Source: an uncultured archaeon
GTDB taxonomy: Archaea > Asgardarchaeota > Lokiarchaeia > Sigyniarchaeales > SOKP01
NCBI GenBank assembly: GCA_964447495.1
Contig: CAYUTF010000003.1
Coordinates: forward strand, 30,684-94,683
Length of the DNA stretch: 64,000 nucleotides
Reading direction: 5' to 3'
How positions within the stretch are numbered: the stretch's first letter is position 1; each line of letters starts with the position of its first letter. Below are positions 18,180 to 29,429 of this stretch, piece after piece. Under the pieces are notes generated by a model. That model ran no database searches. It was not told the origin of the DNA and was given only the letters and a program-made list of their open reading frames with translations. Position numbers and translations under genes: made by a program.

Positions 18180-20165
18180 ATGCTCGACCTCGAAAAAGGA
18201 AAGTTTCCTATTATTATAAAACCAAACTTAGGTCAACCGACTTTAATTAATTTAAGAGATTATAGAGATAAGAACGGCGTTTTCAACACAACTATAACAT
18301 TAAACGCTATAGTCATTACTATACCAAATTATCCAACTCAAAAAATATTAGAAGCTTTTTATTCAAATATTTTTATTCAACCTATTTTAAAAGATGATGG
18401 AGCTTTTTCTGAGAGAAGAGGCGAAAAAATTCCTTTGCAACCTATCCAAATAGAAGAATTAGAAGCTTTTGATTTCAATGATAAAAATATTTTGGAAGAA
18501 GAGAATTGTATATATTGGGATATTTATAATTCTTTACTCGAAGTTGAAGATGTTTTCGGTAAGAGAACTGAATTACATAAAATCACTTTTAAAATACAAA
18601 ATGTAAATCAGATCGAACAATTAATTGAAAATTCAGGAAGAGAATTCATTTTGTTTGATATCGTTCATGATATTCCTAATATGATGAAATCTAAGATAAA
18701 TTATCATAGTGTTGCGATTTATAAGAAGAATTGGAATGATTTTAACTTTATTCATGCTACAGATTTTCATATTGCGAGAAGAAATGATTTTATTATAAAT
18801 TTCATAAAAGAAAAAGTTAAGATTAAAATTAAAAATCGCGCTAAACATCCAAAAAAGGTTATGAAAATTGATGATTTTATCTTACATCGAGACTTTGAAT
18901 TCAAGAAAGGGTTCCAAGAAGGAAGATTAGATGAAATACAATATGCTAAACTAAATTTTAATTATAGTCTAAGAAAGTTGATTATTTTCATCAATGAGCA
19001 AGTATTACAGAATAATCTAGATTTTGTGCTCATGACTGGTGATTTAATTGATTATCTTAATATTGCTCGAGGAAATTTCCAGTATGAGAATAATTTTCAT
19101 GTTTTTCTTGATATTATCCTTGGAATAAATAGAAATTTAGATGTACCCCCTTTTCTAGGGCAAGATGATGAATTTGTGAACAAAAAAGAGATTTTAGCAC
19201 CTATCTTCACTACAGTAGGAAATCATGATTATAGGAGTGATCATTATGGTATGAGGTTTGGTCAAATTCATAACATATTTGGCATGACTAGTTCCGATAT
19301 TAAAGGATATTATGATAGTAAGTTTTTTAACTATTTTACAGCACTTCGCTCTCGACTTAAATATCTGAAAGATTATTTTAGATACTTAAATCCAAATCTT
19401 AATTTTAAAGTAAAAATAGGAGACTCTTATAATTTCATTTTTCTTGACACGGGGGAAGATTCAATTGCAGATTTACATGATCTCTTAAAAGGGGGTCCAA
19501 GTACAAAAGGTATCAAAGAATATCAAGTTGATCTTCTTCGTGCATATATCCAATTAAGTCATGATGAGAAAATTATCATAGTTATGCATACACCTCCCAT
19601 TGCTCCTAATTTAAGCTATTTGAAACAAAGGAAATTTGCCAAACGATTTAAAATTAAAAAGAAAGATTTGAAATGGTCATATTTCTACGAAGAAAATTTA
19701 AAAATATATTATGAAACTGGAAGATTAGATAAGATTTTAAATATGAAATATCAGACGATAATGTATAACTGGGGCACTCTTCTTAAAATTTTTACTGGAT
19801 CAGATGATACGATTAGAAGGAAGGTAGATATGGTTATTTGTGGTCATACTCATACCTTAAAAGAATATCGCCTTAAAGAAGCAAAAGAGACTGATATTAT
19901 CAATTTTGGATTTTGGCTTTTCCCGATTTATATCAAAATTCCGTGCGAAATGTATACTTCAAACTATAGTGAGAAATTTGATACATTCACAGATTTTGAA
20001 GACCTTAAAATTTGGTTTGATGTCAATAAACCATTTATATTCCAAACGCAAGCTACAGGTCCTATATCTGCCAAAAGTAAGTTTAAACCTCCTGGTTTTC
20101 GCTTTTTCAAGGTGAAAAAGAATCAAATTACCAATGCTGATATTTTTTCAATATTTTTAAAATAA
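18180..20165 (+). CDS. Large calcineurin-like metallophosphoesterase
   Basis: TDFH, TGDLID, GNHD, MHTP, GHTH motifs. Confidence 0.88.
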   Translation: MLDLEKGKFPIIIKPNLGQPTLINLRDYRDKNGVFNTTITLNAIVITIPNYPTQKILEAFYSNIFIQPILKDDGAFSERRGEKIPLQPIQIEELEAFDFNDKNILEEENCIYWDIYNSLLEVEDVFGKRTELHKITFKIQNVNQIEQLIENSGREFILFDIVHDIPNMMKSKINYHSVAIYKKNWNDFNFIHATDFHIARRNDFIINFIKEKVKIKIKNRAKHPKKVMKIDDFILHRDFEFKKGFQEGRLDEIQYAKLNFNYSLRKLIIFINEQVLQNNLDFVLMTGDLIDYLNIARGNFQYENNFHVFLDIILGINRNLDVPPFLGQDDEFVNKKEILAPIFTTVGNHDYRSDHYGMRFGQIHNIFGMTSSDIKGYYDSKFFNYFTALRSRLKYLKDYFRYLNPNLNFKVKIGDSYNFIFLDTGEDSIADLHDLLKGGPSTKGIKEYQVDLLRAYIQLSHDEKIIIVMHTPPIAPNLSYLKQRKFAKRFKIKKKDLKWSYFYEENLKIYYETGRLDKILNMKYQTIMYNWGTLLKIFTGSDDTIRRKVDMVICGHTHTLKEYRLKEAKETDIINFGFWLFPIYIKIPCEMYTSNYSEKFDTFTDFEDLKIWFDVNKPFIFQTQATGPISAKSKFKPPGFRFFKVKKNQITNADIFSIFLK

Positions 20166-20191
20166 ATTGGAATATAATTTCTTAAAATTTC

Positions 20192-21151
20192 TTATATTAT
20201 TCTCATAAATTTTAAAACTGTTTCATAGGTTGTATCTGGCATTGGTCCAAAATGCTGTACTTTTAACGCTCCGACCGCATTTGAAAAACGAGCAGCATCT
20301 AAAAGATTCCATCCCGCTAAATAACTGACAATAAAAGCCCCTCCAAAAGAGTCTCCTGCACCAGTGGGGTCAACTTCATTTACTTCATAGCTTGGTATAT
20401 GTATAGGATTTTCATCTTTATTTGTATAAATAGTACAGCCTTTACTTCCTTGTTTAAGAAGTATAAGAGATATGTTTTTTTTTAATAAAGTATAACAAGC
20501 TTCTTCGAATCCCTCTCTTTGGGCTAGTGTTTCGGCTTCTTCTCTACTAGGTAATAAAATATCCGTATTTTTTAAGACTGGTTCACAAATTTGTAATATT
20601 TCTTCAATATCTAACATTTCAGGGCGTATATTTGGATCAAATGATATTATAACTCTTGGATTTTCTTCTTTTGCTATTTTTATTGCCTTATAACATGCAT
20701 CTCGAGAACTAGGACTTATTGCTAACGAACTTCCCATAATATGTAAAACTTTAACATTTGAAAAATATGTTCTTTTTATATCTTCAGGTGAAAGATCTCC
20801 TGCGGCTCCTGCTGCAAAAATAAATTTACGCGTCCCATCAGAATTATATTGATTAAAAGCAATTCCAGTCGTTTTAGTGGTATCAATTCTAATTTGAGAA
20901 ATATCGACCCCATCTATTTGAAGTTTATTTATAATACATTCACCGAATGCGTCATTTCCTACAACACCAATATATCCTGTGGAAAAATTGAAAGGTCTAG
21001 ACATCCGCGCAGCGGAATCTATAAAGATAGCCGGAGCCCCACTTGGATACGGTCCTTTATAAATTGAACCAACCTTACTGTGAGGAATATTAACATCTTT
21101 ACGCATAATTTCGACTAATAATTCTCCAAAAGAGATAATATTTGGTGACAT
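20192..21151 (-). CDS. PfkB-family sugar kinase
   Basis: GVVGNDAFG, FDPNIRP, DPTGAGDSF. Confidence 0.92.
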   Translation of the reverse strand: MSPNIISFGELLVEIMRKDVNIPHSKVGSIYKGPYPSGAPAIFIDSAARMSRPFNFSTGYIGVVGNDAFGECIINKLQIDGVDISQIRIDTTKTTGIAFNQYNSDGTRKFIFAAGAAGDLSPEDIKRTYFSNVKVLHIMGSSLAISPSSRDACYKAIKIAKEENPRVIISFDPNIRPEMLDIEEILQICEPVLKNTDILLPSREEAETLAQREGFEEACYTLLKKNISLILLKQGSKGCTIYTNKDENPIHIPSYEVNEVDPTGAGDSFGGAFIVSYLAGWNLLDAARFSNAVGALKVQHFGPMPDTTYETVLKFMRII

Positions 21152-21333
21152 TATTATGAGATAATATAGATAAATAGAGATATAATTAAAAAGGAAGAAA
21201 AAAGTAATAAAACTTATTTTATATTTTTAACCATTGTTTTTACTAATCCAATTTTCATAATCAAGTGAATAGTTATAAATTCAGCAACATTCAATATTAT
21301 ATTATAAATTTTAAATATACAAGGGTTTAGAAA

Positions 21334-22368
21334 GTGGTATTAGAGACAAAATTAACATCTATGTTTGATATTAAATATCCAATAGTTGCCGCTCCTATGG
21401 GGCCTTTTTATACTACAGAATTAACTGTGGCTGTGTCTGAAGCGGGCGGATTAGGAGTTTTAAGTCATACCAACTTATTTGGTAAAAGTAGCTTAAAAGA
21501 AATGAAAGATAATATGGAGTATGTAATTGAACATACCGATAAACCATTCGGATTCAATATTCGGACTGCAAGGCTTCAAATTGATGCGGCTACTCTCTGT
21601 AGAGTAATCCCTAAATTCATAAGTAATAATCCAAAATTAAGAGAGCAGTGTGTTTATGTTGTTACAAGCGCAGGTACACCTAAAATGATGCAAAATGGTT
21701 CCTTTAGAAGATTAAAGGAAACAGGCTCCCAAATTAAACATTTTCATGTAGCACCCGCACTTTGGTTAGCAGATAAGTGTGTAAGTGCAGGAGTTGATGG
21801 TGTTGTAGTAACGGGATGGGAAGGAGGAGGGCATCAATCTTATGAAAAAATAAGTACTTTAGTTCTTTTGCAACAGGTTAAAAATAAGTACCCTAACATT
21901 CCATTAATTGCATGTGGGGGGTTCGCTAGCGGAGAAGGATTAGCATCAGCTCTAGCTATGGGCGCTGATGGTGTTGCAATGGGATCACGATTTATCGCAT
22001 CAAAAGAAAGTGAATTTCATGCAAAATATAAAAATGTTATTCCTGATGCAAAAGCAAGCGATACTGTGTATGTTACAGGTGTCTTAGGTCCAATCCGATT
22101 ATGGAAAAATGAGTATTCATTGCACCATGGAGTTATTTCAAGTAAAGAGGAGAAATTATCTGAAGAAACTCAATTAACACCCGAGAAAGCATTGGAGGAC
22201 CAAAAACATTATGAGATGACATATGAGGGAAATATTACGGATGGAGCAGTTCTATTAGGGCAGAGCATAGGCGCTATTGATTCCATCGAAAGTTGCAAAG
22301 ATATAATTGAAAATATTGTCAAAATTGCTGAAAAACGTTTAAGTGAGTCCTATAGGTATATTCATTAA
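21334..22368 (+). CDS. Nitronate monooxygenase / FabK-like flavoenzyme
   Basis: YPIVAAPMG, VSEAGGLGVL, GWEGGGH, ACGGF, GADGVAMGSRF. Confidence 0.88.
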   Translation: MVLETKLTSMFDIKYPIVAAPMGPFYTTELTVAVSEAGGLGVLSHTNLFGKSSLKEMKDNMEYVIEHTDKPFGFNIRTARLQIDAATLCRVIPKFISNNPKLREQCVYVVTSAGTPKMMQNGSFRRLKETGSQIKHFHVAPALWLADKCVSAGVDGVVVTGWEGGGHQSYEKISTLVLLQQVKNKYPNIPLIACGGFASGEGLASALAMGADGVAMGSRFIASKESEFHAKYKNVIPDAKASDTVYVTGVLGPIRLWKNEYSLHHGVISSKEEKLSEETQLTPEKALEDQKHYEMTYEGNITDGAVLLGQSIGAIDSIESCKDIIENIVKIAEKRLSESYRYIH

Positions 22369-22442
22369 GAAATTATAAAGCTTTAATACTTCCTTTTTTT
22401 AATAATAATACAATAATCTATGAAATACATAATGAATTAAGG

Positions 22443-22682
22443 ATGAATGCAAAAAAAAAAATCAAATTGATTAGCGAAGTATTAGATCGATATGATGAGG
22501 GGGTATGTTTTTACTGTGGAAGTACATTAAATGGAGATTTAGAAGCAGATGAATTTGATGATGGATACTCTCCAGATTGGTGCCCCGATTGTTGTAAAAA
22601 CATAGATCCTCATGATGATTGGGATGAGGCATGCCTGGATGCAATAGATAAGGTAATTCATAATGATCCTTTCGAAGCTTAG
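22443..22682 (+). CDS. Small acidic putative Zn-binding protein
   Basis: CFYCG...CPDC pair of CxxC motifs in 79 aa. Confidence 0.65.
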   Translation: MNAKKKIKLISEVLDRYDEGVCFYCGSTLNGDLEADEFDDGYSPDWCPDCCKNIDPHDDWDEACLDAIDKVIHNDPFEA

Positions 22683-22850
22683 CCATTATTTAATTTTAAA
22701 CTGTTTTTGCATCAAAAGATATCATTGAAAAATAAAATTTAGTCTTTTTATGAATTGTTATTAATAGCATAGAACTTAATTATTTGAAAAATCATAGTTA
22801 AAATAGAGAGATATACTTATTAATTTGTCGAATATTTAAGAGGTAAATTA

Positions 22851-24284
22851 ATTATCAGAACTACTCTTCCATTAATTTGTACACAATGTCGCAAAGAATA
22901 TGACGTTAGTACTATATTGTATAAATGCCCTGAATGTAATGGAGTATTATGGATAAGTACAGATATAGACGGATATAAAGAACAATTTTCAAAAATAACA
23001 ACTATCACTAAATTCTGGGATATGCATTTTACTTTACCTGAAATCAACTCTGAATATATCACAAGCTTAAAAGAGGGGGGAACTCCTTGTAAAGATTCTG
23101 ATAAAATTGGAGAGAGTTTAGGCTTAAAGAATTTAAGTTTTAAAAATGAAATCGAAAATCCAACCAATTCATTTAAAGACCGAGTTGGGGCATTATTAGT
23201 GTCTCATGCTAGAAGTTGGGCTTATACTAAGATAATTTGCGCTTCTAATGGAAATCAGGGCGCATCAATTGCCGCTTATAGCTCCTTAGAAGGAATGAAA
23301 TGTATTAACCTTATACCAAATAAAATTGATATTGGTAAAAGAGCACAGATGATTGCCTATAATTCAGAAATTATAATTAAAGGATATCTTGTAGATGAGA
23401 CTATTATTCATGCATTAGACAAGAAGTATCAAAATTTTTATCAAGCCACACCCGTATATAATCCACTTACAATTGAGGCCCAAAAAACGATAGCTTTTGA
23501 AATTTATAAACAGAAAGCTGTACCTGATTGGATAATTATTCCAATGGGAAGTGGAGCGTTGTTAGTTAGCTTATGGAAGGGCTTTAATGAATTAAAACAG
23601 TCAGATATTATCAAAACTGTCCCAAAACTAGTTGGAGTACAATCAGAGTTATCTTCACCCATTGTAGATGAATTTATGAATAAAGAGAATATGGTTGCAT
23701 TACAGAAAGACATCAGAAATTCACATGCTTTAGGAATTTTAGTACGAGACCCAATGTACAAAAAACTAGTAATTAAATTGATAAAAGAATGCAATGGAAC
23801 CGTTATAGCCATTCCTGAAGATTTAATTGTTTCATCTGTTGATGAATTAGTAAGAACTGAAGGTATTTTTGCAGAACCATCATCTGCATTGACTTTAGCT
23901 GCAGTGCATGAATTAAATCAAAATGATATCTTTGATAAAGGTGATGAAATAGTGTGTCTTATAACTGGAAGCGGTTTAAAAGCGCCTTATATCTTAGAGG
24001 CAATTTCTTCGCAAACAACTACTTCAGGGAAGGGATCAATAATAATTACCAAATTAAAAATTTTGTCTCAGATTTCCTTATCAAGTTTTAAAGGTATAAG
24101 TGGTACCAAAATTAAAGAACTAATGAGTTCTATCAGTTTAGCCGCAGTTTACCAACACTTGTACGATTTAGAAACTAAAGGTTTGATTTATCGTAAGAAA
24201 GAGGGAAAAAATGTATTATATTTCATAACGGAGACAGGCAAAAGGATTTTAGATGCATTAGATATTCTGCTTACTCTAATATAA
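22851..24284 (+). CDS. thrC: Threonine synthase-like PLP enzyme with N-terminal Zn ribbon and C-terminal wHTH
   Basis: NPTNSFKDR (PLP Lys), ASNGNQG, PMGSG, EGIFAEPSSA, ITGSGLK; C-terminal SLAAVYQHLYDLETKGLI wHTH. The frame is open upstream of 22917 and encodes CTQC; start inferred at ATT 22851. Confidence 0.8.
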   Translation: MIRTTLPLICTQCRKEYDVSTILYKCPECNGVLWISTDIDGYKEQFSKITTITKFWDMHFTLPEINSEYITSLKEGGTPCKDSDKIGESLGLKNLSFKNEIENPTNSFKDRVGALLVSHARSWAYTKIICASNGNQGASIAAYSSLEGMKCINLIPNKIDIGKRAQMIAYNSEIIIKGYLVDETIIHALDKKYQNFYQATPVYNPLTIEAQKTIAFEIYKQKAVPDWIIIPMGSGALLVSLWKGFNELKQSDIIKTVPKLVGVQSELSSPIVDEFMNKENMVALQKDIRNSHALGILVRDPMYKKLVIKLIKECNGTVIAIPEDLIVSSVDELVRTEGIFAEPSSALTLAAVHELNQNDIFDKGDEIVCLITGSGLKAPYILEAISSQTTTSGKGSIIITKLKILSQISLSSFKGISGTKIKELMSSISLAAVYQHLYDLETKGLIYRKKEGKNVLYFITETGKRILDALDILLTLI

Positions 24285-24307
24285 CTTATTTTTCTATAAC
24301 TTACGTA

Positions 24308-24907
24308 TTATGAAATGAATATCTTATCAAATGCCTGTGGGAGATTTGTTATAATATTTTTTCGAAAAGTTATGTCAAAAATAATAGTTGCAAGTGCTGC
24401 TAATCCAAATTGAATTGCACCGTTGAAGATTGATTCGATTAAAGCTGCGGCAGGTCCATAAAAGATCATCTCTACAATAAAATATCCTAAAACCATAATT
24501 GAACCCCCAATAATTATCGCAATAATATCTCGATAGTTAAATTTTTGATTGTATTTTCTTGGATTAGCAATTAATCCTACGATAAATCCTTCTAATCCCT
24601 TAATTATTAAAGTAGGCAGAGCATATTGGGGTGCTAAAAATAAATCTGTTAATGCCGAACCGAACCCTCCAGCAATACCTCCAATTATTGGTCCAAATAA
24701 ACTCCCTGTTATCATTACACCTATATCTCCAAGATTAATATAACCATTTGTAGCTGGAATGGTAATTGGGACAAAAAATGTCAAAATACACGTTAATGCT
24801 GCAAAAAGTGCTATGATAGATATAACTATCGAGTTTTTAGGCAAAAAATAACCCTTAAAGGTTTTAATTTTCATAAGATTATCCATTTCAGTAATTATTA
24901 ACACCAT
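24308..24907 (-). CDS. ECF transporter S component
   Basis: GYINLGD, LFGPIIGGIAGGFGSALTDL, TLIIKGLEG. Confidence 0.9.
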   Translation of the reverse strand: MVLIITEMDNLMKIKTFKGYFLPKNSIVISIIALFAALTCILTFFVPITIPATNGYINLGDIGVMITGSLFGPIIGGIAGGFGSALTDLFLAPQYALPTLIIKGLEGFIVGLIANPRKYNQKFNYRDIIAIIIGGSIMVLGYFIVEMIFYGPAAALIESIFNGAIQFGLAALATIIFDITFRKNIITNLPQAFDKIFIS

Positions 24908-25188
24908 ATTTTATTTCTAGGATTCAACTTATATAATATTTCATTCTTATTTAAAACTTATTACAATTTGTTTCATGCCTTACTGGTTTATGATTAAGAA
25001 AAAAAAGGGTGGAATTATTGAAACAATTTAATACACAATTGGATAATGTTAAGGATTAATAATATAGGGCTATTTGCTAATACTAGACAAAATAAAGATA
25101 TAAATTCATTTAGTTGTATTATAATTAAGATAATTTATTTCAATTAAATTAATAATTTTCAAAGAATTTATAAGGTGAAGTTTTTAAT

Positions 25189-26739
25189 ATGGTAAACGAT
25201 AACCATGAAAGTAATCAGCTTAATATAGAATATTTGAACCAAATAAAAGATGGCGTTTTTAATACTTTAGTAAATGAATTCCCTGACATAGTACTAATTT
25301 TCGATGAAGAAGGTAGGATAGTATATGTTTCGAGAAATACTTTTTCTTATTTTGATATTCAAACCGAAAATGGACTACTAGGAAAAAACTTTCAAGAATT
25401 AGCAACCTCAGACTATAAAGAGAAAATTAAAAAAGATTTAAATCAAGCAAAAGAGGGTAAAAGCCTAAGTATGTTTGAATATGAATTTTATGGAAGAAAT
25501 GGATCTAAATTCATTGGAGAATTAAGCTTAAGTCACTTCATTCATCAGAAAGATAATAAAAAATATTTTTTAGGGATAATTAGGGATATTACTAATCAAA
25601 AAATCATTGAAATTGAATTAAGAGAAAATAAGCAAATGTTACAATTGGTAATGGATAATATCCCACAATTGATATCTTGGAAAGATGTCAATTCTACATA
25701 TTTAGGATGCAATAAAAATTTTGCTCGCATAGCTGGATTAAATAACCCAGTAGATATTATAGGGAAAACTGATTATGAGTTACCATGGAAAATTAGTGAA
25801 GCGGAATCTTTCTTTGAAACCGATCAATTAGTAATAAATACCAATAAACCAGAATATCATATTATTGAGCCTCAGCTTCAAGCTGATGGAAAGCAGGCAT
25901 GGTTAGACACAAATAAGATACCATTACATAATTCTAAAGAAGAAGTTGTGGGCATTATATGTACTTATGAAGATATTACTGAACGAGTAAATTCAGATAC
26001 AGCATTAAAAAATTCAGAATTGAAATATAAAGAAGCATATAATCGAGCAGAATTTTATAAAGATGTATTTGCTCACGATGTGAGTAATATTCTCCAAGGA
26101 ATTTTATTTTCAGTGGAACTATGTCGATATAATTCGAAAGAATCAAGAAAAGTTAAAGACTTAGAAAATTTCTTTGATATCATTGAAGACCAAGTTAGTC
26201 GAGGAGCGAATCTAGTTTCAAATGTAAGAAAGATATCTTCTATCGATGATATTGGGAGTAAGTTAGAAAAAGTAGAAGTATGCAATCTATTGAACGTCTC
26301 AATCGAAAACATAAAAAAAAGTTTTTCGAAAAGAAAAATAACTTTTTCATTAAAAAAAAAATATGAATATTTATACGTTCAAGCTAATCATTTAATATTA
26401 GATATTTTCAATAATATTCTTTATAATGCTGTAAAACATAATAAAAGGCCAACTGTAAAAATAGCAATAGATATAACTAAAAAATTTATCGAAAATGAAT
26501 CGGTCATCAAATTAGAATTCAAGGATAACGGTTTTGGCATTCCAGATGCTCAAAAATTGAGTATTTTTGAACGAAATACAATAGAATCAAAAAACTTTAA
26601 TCGCATAGGCTTAGGTTTATCTTTAGTGAAAAGGTTAATTGAAAATTATAATGGCGAAATTTGGGTAGAAGATAGAATTGAAGGAGATTATACTCAAGGG
26701 AGTAATTTTGTGATACTTATAAGAGAATATATAGATTAG
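25189..26739 (+). CDS. PAS-domain sensor histidine kinase
   Basis: Two PAS/PAC domains; H-box FAHDVSNIL; N-box NILYNAVKH; DNGFGI; GLGLSLV. Confidence 0.92.
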   Translation: MVNDNHESNQLNIEYLNQIKDGVFNTLVNEFPDIVLIFDEEGRIVYVSRNTFSYFDIQTENGLLGKNFQELATSDYKEKIKKDLNQAKEGKSLSMFEYEFYGRNGSKFIGELSLSHFIHQKDNKKYFLGIIRDITNQKIIEIELRENKQMLQLVMDNIPQLISWKDVNSTYLGCNKNFARIAGLNNPVDIIGKTDYELPWKISEAESFFETDQLVINTNKPEYHIIEPQLQADGKQAWLDTNKIPLHNSKEEVVGIICTYEDITERVNSDTALKNSELKYKEAYNRAEFYKDVFAHDVSNILQGILFSVELCRYNSKESRKVKDLENFFDIIEDQVSRGANLVSNVRKISSIDDIGSKLEKVEVCNLLNVSIENIKKSFSKRKITFSLKKKYEYLYVQANHLILDIFNNILYNAVKHNKRPTVKIAIDITKKFIENESVIKLEFKDNGFGIPDAQKLSIFERNTIESKNFNRIGLGLSLVKRLIENYNGEIWVEDRIEGDYTQGSNFVILIREYID

Positions 26740-26814
26740 AACCTTTCAATCAGTAATAATAAGTTATCAACATTTCAACTAAACTTATTTAATCCTATAA
26801 ATTACATAATATTA

Positions 26815-29406
26815 ATGTATGTAATCTTAAGAAATTTTACTAAAAAAGATATTTCAGAGAACGAAGATTATTTAATACCAAAACCTATTCATTTTAAAAA
26901 AAAGAATTCTCATCGTTTAGAAATCTCTGAGAAGATTGAAGTCAAAACAAATCTTTCAGAAGATTTACTTTATTTGATTGATGACTTTTTTGAAGTTTTA
27001 TTTCAGAGTGAATTCCAAGATAGATTTGACATAAAAATCATAAATGATAGTGAGCCTTTAAATTTTGATCATATTCATTCTTTGATTAAAAATAATTTCC
27101 CGAAGTTAAATTATAATGATCTTCTACTTAGTAACAACTGGATGGAGCAAGGTTATCTATTGAATTGTGACGATTCTCAAGTGTATATATATTCAGAGAC
27201 ACCGCAAGGTTTGTTCTATGGACTTCAAACTTTATTGCAATTATTTAATTCTAATGATATGAAATCATCAGTAAATTCAGTTATAATCTTAGATTATCCA
27301 TTATTGAAAATAAGGGGCATTTCTGATGATATTTCAAGAGGTCAAGCACCAAAGATTTCTAATTTGAAAAAATTCATTAAAATTCTGAGTCATTATAAGA
27401 TAAATCAATATTATTTAGTCTATATACAGGATATGTATCAATTTCGAAATCATCCTAATATCGGAAAAGACCGTGGAGCTTATTCTAAAGAAGAAGTAGA
27501 GGATTTATTTAATTATGCAAAGAAATATTTTGTTGATTTAATCCCTATTTTTCAAACTACTGGTCACTGGGATAACATTTTACATCAAAAAGAATATTGG
27601 GAATATGGAGAATTCCCCGGTTCCAATAGTTTGAATATAGCTAATCCAAAAATTTATGATCTATTAGATGAAATGATTGGAGAATTAAGAGAAAGTTTTA
27701 AATCCGATTATTTCCACATCGCAGCTGATGAAAGTTGGGACGTCGGAAAATTAGCTTCAAAAGAATATATTAAACAATATGGTATTGGTCAAGCATACTT
27801 GAATCATTATAAAAAGATTTATGACATTGCTAAAAGCCATGGCTATAAAAAGATATTGATCTATCATGATATTCTATATAAATACGATGAAGTACTTAAA
27901 GGGTTGCCAAAAGACATGATAATAATGTATTGGGAATATAACCCAAAGAAAAAGCATCCCGTTGTTGATAAAATTAAAGAATTCAATTTCGATTTTGTTG
28001 TAAGTCCTAGTATTATGGATTTCAATAGATTATTTCCTTCCATTAGTAAAGCAGAAAAGAATATCCTAGATCTTACACACTATGGATATCAAAAGGGATG
28101 TGTTGGAGAAATCACTTCAAGTTGGGGCGATTACAATAACAAAGAGATAAGAGAAAATCGAATTTATGGATTTATTTTTTCCGGTGTAGTTGGTTGGAGT
28201 CTTTTAAAATCTTTAGATATAATGTATTTTTGGCAATCATTATTAATTCAATTTTTTGGGACGTGCAATATGAAATATTTGAAAATTTTTTCTATCATCA
28301 GATCAATACAAGACAAAAAAAGCTTACATTTTCGAGATTCATCTTATTATAACCATTTTTTCAGCCATCCATATAACAAAAAACGCTCTTCTTATCGAAA
28401 AAGTTTAAAAATTACTAACTTTCATAAACTTCTTTTAGATCTTGACAAAATTCTTATGTTTTGTGAAGAATTATGGGAAAAAGAAATAAAACACAAAGAA
28501 AATATTCGTAACTTAGCTTTTATAGCTAAACATATCAAATTTTTATGCAACAAACGTATTAATTCAAAAAGAATGGTGTCGTTTTTCCCAGAAAGAGCTA
28601 ATCTTAAATTTATAAATATGTATATTGAGGAAATCGAATCTTTAAAAACTAATCTAAAGGAATTACTTAAGGAATATGAGCTATTATGGAATAATTGCGC
28701 TCAACATTATGGTTTTGATTTAATCAAGCAGAAATATCTTTGGTTATGTAAGTTTTATGATGATATGTTATTAAAAATTGAAAAGAAACTACCATGGAAG
28801 AATCCTAACATTCCTAGTGAAACTATTTATTTAGATGCGAAAAAAAGACATACCATTTATTGTACATATTATTCAAAAGATTTTTTTATTAAAGATGATA
28901 TTGAGAATGCAAACTTACAAGTAGTAGCAGGGAGTTTTGCTAAAATTTATGTAAATAACTCTTATGCAGGATATGTCATTACAAGAAATTCTCTTAATTA
29001 TATAATGAATGAAAACAACATAAAAATATTTAATATTAAAAAATATCTTCACACAGGAGAAAATAATATCCTTATTGAAAATAGCGATTTTGAGGGAGGA
29101 CTCTGTCTTCTTAATATCTATGGTGAGATAAATTTAGTCTCTGGTAAAAAGTGTGTAATAATTACCGATAAGAGTTGGAAAGGAACTCGCAGTATGGAAT
29201 TCGCTTGGAAAGGTGTAAAAAGTTTAGGGAAGCCACCTAAATTTATAGGGGGTATAGGTTATCCTGATTTTACAAAGGGAATACCCTCATCTAAATCAGA
29301 TTATATTGCTCAGTATAACTATTTAGTCGGGAAAATTTCAAAGAAATTTTATATTCTACTGAAATTAGCTTTCAAGTTAATCCATCGATATGATTTACTA
29401 GAATAA
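26815..29406 (+). CDS. Glycoside hydrolase family 20 (beta-N-acetylhexosaminidase-like)
   Basis: [30 protein letters not shown], catalytic HIAADE; C-terminal beta-sandwich-like domain. Confidence 0.88.
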   Translation: MYVILRNFTKKDISENEDYLIPKPIHFKKKNSHRLEISEKIEVKTNLSEDLLYLIDDFFEVLFQSEFQDRFDIKIINDSEPLNFDHIHSLIKNNFPKLNYNDLLLSNNWMEQGYLLNCDDSQVYIYSETPQGLFYGLQTLLQLFNSNDMKSSVNSVIILDYPLLKIRGISDDISRGQAPKISNLKKFIKILSHYKINQYYLVYIQDMYQFRNHPNIGKDRGAYSKEEVEDLFNYAKKYFVDLIPIFQTTGHWDNILHQKEYWEYGEFPGSNSLNIANPKIYDLLDEMIGELRESFKSDYFHIAADESWDVGKLASKEYIKQYGIGQAYLNHYKKIYDIAKSHGYKKILIYHDILYKYDEVLKGLPKDMIIMYWEYNPKKKHPVVDKIKEFNFDFVVSPSIMDFNRLFPSISKAEKNILDLTHYGYQKGCVGEITSSWGDYNNKEIRENRIYGFIFSGVVGWSLLKSLDIMYFWQSLLIQFFGTCNMKYLKIFSIIRSIQDKKSLHFRDSSYYNHFFSHPYNKKRSSYRKSLKITNFHKLLLDLDKILMFCEELWEKEIKHKENIRNLAFIAKHIKFLCNKRINSKRMVSFFPERANLKFINMYIEEIESLKTNLKELLKEYELLWNNCAQHYGFDLIKQKYLWLCKFYDDMLLKIEKKLPWKNPNIPSETIYLDAKKRHTIYCTYYSKDFFIKDDIENANLQVVAGSFAKIYVNNSYAGYVITRNSLNYIMNENNIKIFNIKKYLHTGENNILIENSDFEGGLCLLNIYGEINLVSGKKCVIITDKSWKGTRSMEFAWKGVKSLGKPPKFIGGIGYPDFTKGIPSSKSDYIAQYNYLVGKISKKFYILLKLAFKLIHRYDLLE

Positions 29407-29429
29407 ATAAAAATAATAAAAAATAAAGA

